DNA of 64,000 nucleotides, from NCBI GenBank assembly GCA_973895155.1, contig OZ316896.1:18588754-18652753 (forward strand), in the 5' to 3' direction. Shown here one piece after another: positions 61,860-64,000 of the stretch. The stretch's first letter is position 1. Every line of letters starts with the position of its first letter. Under the pieces are notes generated by a model. That model saw only the letters and a program-made list of their open reading frames with translations, was not told the DNA's origin and made no database searches. This stretch comes from Marsupella aquatica. Its lineage: Eukaryota > Plantae > Marchantiophyta. Both the position numbers and the translations under genes were made by a program.

Positions 61860-63100
61860 CTAGACCAGCTTCTGAAGCCTTGCTGGTAATCACACATCAA
61901 AATGTAATAATATACAGTGTGCATTCATTGATTTAAAGAAAATACCAAGGTTTATCATGGTATAGAGGGACGTTGAACAGAGTATATGTCATACTTTGAT
62001 GTGCAGTTACCGGGACCCCTCACTGCTGAAGCCAATTGTAGCAATGTGCTACAGTGTATGAACACCCAAGAGTAATTTCCTCCCCCATGTACTCCTGGCA
62101 AGACATTTCTCTAATGCTGTGCCTCAAGAGAATGTGGACAAGGTTCTGATCATCTGATGTAGCTCAGAGATGAGCTTGCCCGCCAGGGCCTTGACAAGGT
62201 TGCGGATTGAAGTCAATCCTAACCCCTTTGCTGTATTGGTAATGTCACTGCATTATGCCTCAACCTATAGCAAACCCCACAAGTGTTGTTTGGCCCAGAG
62301 ATATTTTAAGATCATTAAGTTCCTTATCAGCTCTCAACCACACCGTCAGCAAGTATCATAAATAACTCAGGATAACCTAGTCACTCTTGCAATAAATTTT
62401 GAGATCATTAAGTTCCTTATCATTCAGCTCCCAACCACAAAGTCAGCAAGTATCATAAAGAACCCAGTATAACGTGCTTAATTAGAGTGACTTTTGCAAT
62501 GAGTGAGGTGGGGTTGATCCTAGTGTTGAATAATCTATCCTCCAGGAGAACCTTGAGCTGAGCGACCATTTGCTGGTGTGAGATGTCTTATTAGCCTACC
62601 TCAAAAGCCCAGGAATTTTGACTAGTTCATGTCCCTCTCGATCCAAGGTCCAACTCAGTTGTTGAAATATTGGAGGCAGCCGATGCGGGATCAAAACAAT
62701 GGCCCTGGGCTTGACCCAATTACAATGGAGGCCTCAAGCCTGACCATAGTTCTGAGAGATGTGTTGACATGCTTGAACGTTACCTAAGGACTGTAGATTA
62801 GCTTGGGTCTAATGTTAGCATATATCCAATGCAGCAAGCGGAGTCTCTCTGCTTTTATACCCTCATGGAGACCCCCAGTTGTTCCATCCTGAAGGGCTTG
62901 ATTTCCAGACACAATTCAGGGATCTCTACCATCAATCTACTTATATAATGGCAAAGCAAACCTACCATTCAGGCCCGTATTAGACCTAGAGTGAATCTTT
63001 GGAGGGTCTGTACCCCTCTTTTACAAATATGACCTTAACATGTTAAGGACACCTCCCCAGGTGATCTTTAACTTTTGGCCATAAGAGAAAACCTTACCCT
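61860..63100 (-). mobile_element. Decayed LINE ORF2 (RT C-terminal region), interrupted by a small duplication at 62308-62460
   Basis: Minus-strand GLHCNWVKP (GL-vN--KS motif) and KGLGLTSIRNLVKALAGK (GGLG motif) in the expected order. Confidence 0.55.
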
Positions 63101-64000
63101 GTGTCTGCAATTGGCACTTTCACAGAATTTTGAATCAATTTTTTTTAAAAACTTTTCTTACCATTAATGATAGGGCTACGACTAACCAGAAAATTCCAGC
63201 TTTGAGCCGCTCTATTAGAGTGTGCCAAAGTACTGCCACAAACATAATCTAATGGACATTCCAGCTTAAGACTCCCTATTAGAGTGCGTCAAAATACTGC
63301 CACAAGCATAATCTAATGGCTAATAATTTTTTGAAGTGTAATTCTTAGGGGCCATGTATTTAGGTGGCCTATAATGTTTTTTTTCCACCCCCCATAAAAC
63401 CACTTTAAGTCTTTAGATCTCACTTAGGGCCTTGTTTTGAAGCGCCTAGTGAAGAACATTGCTATTTTGGGGCATGGGAACATAATTTTCGTGATGGCGG
63501 TGGAGTTCGGCGAAAGTTCGCCACTAAAAAACCCACACCTCGACGGCACCCTTTGGCAATGCGTTTGGTCGTCGTTTGTGAAAAACCCACACGTTGGTGG
63601 GGCAGTGCTGGAGTGGCTCAGACAAATACACTGTACCCATAGATTCCATCACTGCAAAGCATTCTGGAATGTGGGACCTGCTGAGCTCTACCGGAGATGG
63701 GAGGCTTGAAAACACTAGCTACGAGTAGAGCCTCTGTGCAAGCGAAGATGAGCAAATTTCACCTGCTCAAAAGCTCACGTTATGTTCCTCCAGAGAAGAC
63801 CGTACCCAGTTGCTCGTGCTCCACACTGGCAATGCCACTGTTTAGGACGCCTGGTGGTACATGCACAATACAAAAGTGTGCAAAAAACTCTAATGTCAGG
63901 AGGGCAAAGTCTTTTCCAAAATTCGTACCTGGAAATATGCCTGGCTTCGTATACAAACTACAAATGAATGAAAATTTCTGATCACAGAATCTTCGACTGT

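Overview
Eukaryotic nuclear DNA from a land plant (GT-AG introns, plastid transit peptides, CCCTAAA telomere-type motifs). A non-seed plant such as a liverwort is my guess, not something the sequence proves. Six intact host genes can be spliced by eye: a PIN-LIKES auxin carrier (5' end outside the window), plastid RPL28, ITPA, stearoyl-ACP desaturase, APC13 and NRPB7. There is also a truncated NRPB7 pseudogene, produced by a multi-kb tandem duplication that brackets APC13. The rest is transposon-rich: a full-length Copia element with non-canonical TA...CA LTRs, solo and truncated LTRs, LINE and KDZ-like remnants, a MITE and minisatellites. Two things stand out. (1) About 49.9-59.4 kb is a heavily decayed, multi-gene endogenous copy of a Mononegavirales/rhabdovirus-like negative-strand RNA virus. 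Its L-protein motifs can be recovered in the correct order across frameshifts, and an N-like SPYS motif lies directly upstream of L. (2) The Copia element carries an antisense accessory gene with a hydrophobic N-terminus, an RNase H1 N-terminal/caulimovirus-viroplasmin RNA-binding domain and a His/Cys tail, a candidate anti-silencing or replication-assisting module. All family assignments are from motif recognition by eye; no searches were run.
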